Program-made: the position numbers and the translations under genes
Shown here: piece by piece, positions 24,535 to 25,755 of the stretch
How positions within the stretch are numbered: position 1 is the stretch's first letter
How the letters are laid out: every line of letters starts with the position of its first letter
From: a virus
Taxonomy: Duplodnaviria; Caudoviricetes
IMG/VR virus record: IMGVR_UViG_3300020459_000057
Coordinates: 1-25,755 of that record
Reading direction: 5' to 3' (one strand)
DNA length: 25,755 nt
The notes under the pieces: generated by a model
What the model was told of the DNA's origin: nothing
Database searches by the model: none
The model's input: only the letters and a program-made list of their open reading frames with translations

Positions 24535-25755
24535 ATGTTCAAATCAGAGCAATTACTTGAGAAGTGGTCTCCACTAATCAAGCATGAAGAACTCCCTGAA
24601 ATTTCAGATTCACATCGTAAAAATGTGACTGCGGTTCTTCTAGAAAACCAAGAAAAGTTCCTCAAAGAAGAAAAGCTTCTTACTGAGGCAGCACCTACCA
24701 ACTCTACTGGTACTGGTGTACAGAATTTTGATCCTGTATTGATCAGTCTTATCAGACGTTCAATGCCTAACTTGATCGCTTATGATATTGCTAGTGTTCA
24801 GCCTATGTCTGGACCTACTGGTCTTATCTTCGCAATGCGTTCACGTTACGCTGCACAGGACGGCAAGGAAGCATTATTCAACGAGCCAAACGCTGGATTC
24901 TCTGGTGGCGGTTCTTCAGGATATGATGTTACTGCTGGTTATACAGGCGGTGCAACTGGTGCAGGTGCTTCTGCTAACAACGATGCTGAGGGTGACAACC
25001 CAGGTATCTTGAACGACACTTCAACTTATAGTAACCACCGTTACGAAGTTACAGGTGACGCTCAAGGAATGACAACATCAGCCGCTGAGACACTTGGCGA
25101 TGGTGGTGGCACAAACTTCCGTGAGATGGCATTCAGCATCGAGAAGGTTGCTGTAACAGCTAGATCAAGAGCACTAAAGGCAGAGTACAGTTTAGAACTT
25201 GCTCAGGACTTGAGAGCAATTCATGGTCTTGATGCTGAGGCTGAGTTGGCTAACATCTTGTCAACTGAGATCCTCGCTGAGATCAACCGTGAAGTTATTC
25301 GTTCTATCTACGTAACAGCACGTCCAGGCGCACAGAATAATACAGCAACTGCTGGTATATTCGACCTAGACCTCGATTCAAATGGTAGATGGTCTGTTGA
25401 GAAATTCAAGGGACTTCTATTCCAAGTTGAAAGAGAAGCTAACGCAATCGCTCAAGAGACTCGTAGAGGAAAGGGTAATATCATCGTCTGCTCTGCTGAC
25501 GTTGCTTCTGCTCTTACAATGGCAGGTGTACTTGACTACACTCCAGCACTCAATGCGAACCTTAATGTTGATGACACTGGTTCTACTTACGCTGGTACAA
25601 TCAATGGTAAGTTCAAGGTTTACATCGACCCTTACTCTGCTAACCTAATGGATGACCACTACTTCGTAGTTGGTTACAAAGGTTCTTCTCCTTATGACGC
25701 AGGACTGTTCTACTGCCCATACGTTCCTCTACAGATGGTTCGTGCAGTTGGTCAG
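24535..25755 (+). CDS. gp23: Major capsid protein gp23 (3' truncated by the window edge; absent from the ORF track)
   Basis: Open frame MFKSEQLLEKWSPLI...FDPVLISLIRRSMPNLIAYDIASVQPMSGPTGLIFAMRSRY...SRALKAEYSLELAQDLRAIHGLDAEAELANILSTEILAEINREV...FYCPYVPLQMVRAVGQ. Confidence 0.98.
   Translation, partial: MFKSEQLLEKWSPLIKHEELPEISDSHRKNVTAVLLENQEKFLKEEKLLTEAAPTNSTGTGVQNFDPVLISLIRRSMPNLIAYDIASVQPMSGPTGLIFAMRSRYAAQDGKEALFNEPNAGFSGGGSSGYDVTAGYTGGATGAGASANNDAEGDNPGILNDTSTYSNHRYEVTGDAQGMTTSAAETLGDGGGTNFREMAFSIEKVAVTARSRALKAEYSLELAQDLRAIHGLDAEAELANILSTEILAEINREVIRSIYVTARPGAQNNTATAGIFDLDLDSNGRWSVEKFKGLLFQVEREANAIAQETRRGKGNIIVCSADVASALTMAGVLDYTPALNANLNVDDTGSTYAGTINGKFKVYIDPYSANLMDDHYFVVGYKGSSPYDAGLFYCPYVPLQMVRAVGQ

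Noticed and set aside
1276-24701. All minus-strand ORFs in the track (for example 18262-18549, 21662-21985, 22978-23364)
   Set aside because: They are antisense shadows of well-supported + strand genes with no recognisable motifs. Scarcity of TTA/TTAA on the + strand also lowers antisense stop frequency.
6223-25648. Short out-of-frame + strand ORFs inside larger genes (6223, 9223, 9877, 10510, 12024, 12398, 19590, 21739, 24782, 25382)
   Set aside because: These are Leu/Met/Val-rich frameshift translations typical of the alternative frame of real genes. ORF 10510-10707 also crosses a terminator.
16109-25755. Introns, inteins or homing endonucleases in gp17, gp20 or gp23
   Set aside because: The frames are uninterrupted, lengths are normal and no splicing or HEG motifs are visible.

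Overview
This window is part of the virion morphogenesis region of a T4-like myophage, most likely a marine cyanophage (Kyanoviridae-like, AT-rich, probable Prochlorococcus or Synechococcus host). All credible genes are on the + strand. Positions 1-10601 hold a fibre/adhesin/baseplate-associated cluster: a partial fibre, a LamG/ConA-like protein, a gp9/10-like protein, a CBM5/12-like repeat protein and a 2112-aa repeat protein. This cluster ends at an intrinsic terminator. The conserved T4 core follows: gp13, gp14, gp15, gp16, [accessory insert], gp17, gp18, gp19, gp20, a gp67-like gene, gp21, gp22 and gp23 (partial, absent from the ORF track). The gp16-gp17 insert carries a 2OG-Fe(II) oxygenase, a host-like His/Cys micro-protein behind a sigma70-type promoter, overlapping small membrane ORFs (one missed by the track) and an SNase-family nuclease. 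T4-type late promoter motifs (NNTAAATA) precede most transcription units. The strongest unexplained signal is a roughly 10-fold depletion of TTAA by my manual count, which is relaxed in the variable 5' fibre/adhesin genes. I saw no tRNA, rRNA, CRISPR array, intron, intein or mobile element. Family assignments come from motif recognition, not database searches. I cannot establish a previously undescribed system from sequence alone.
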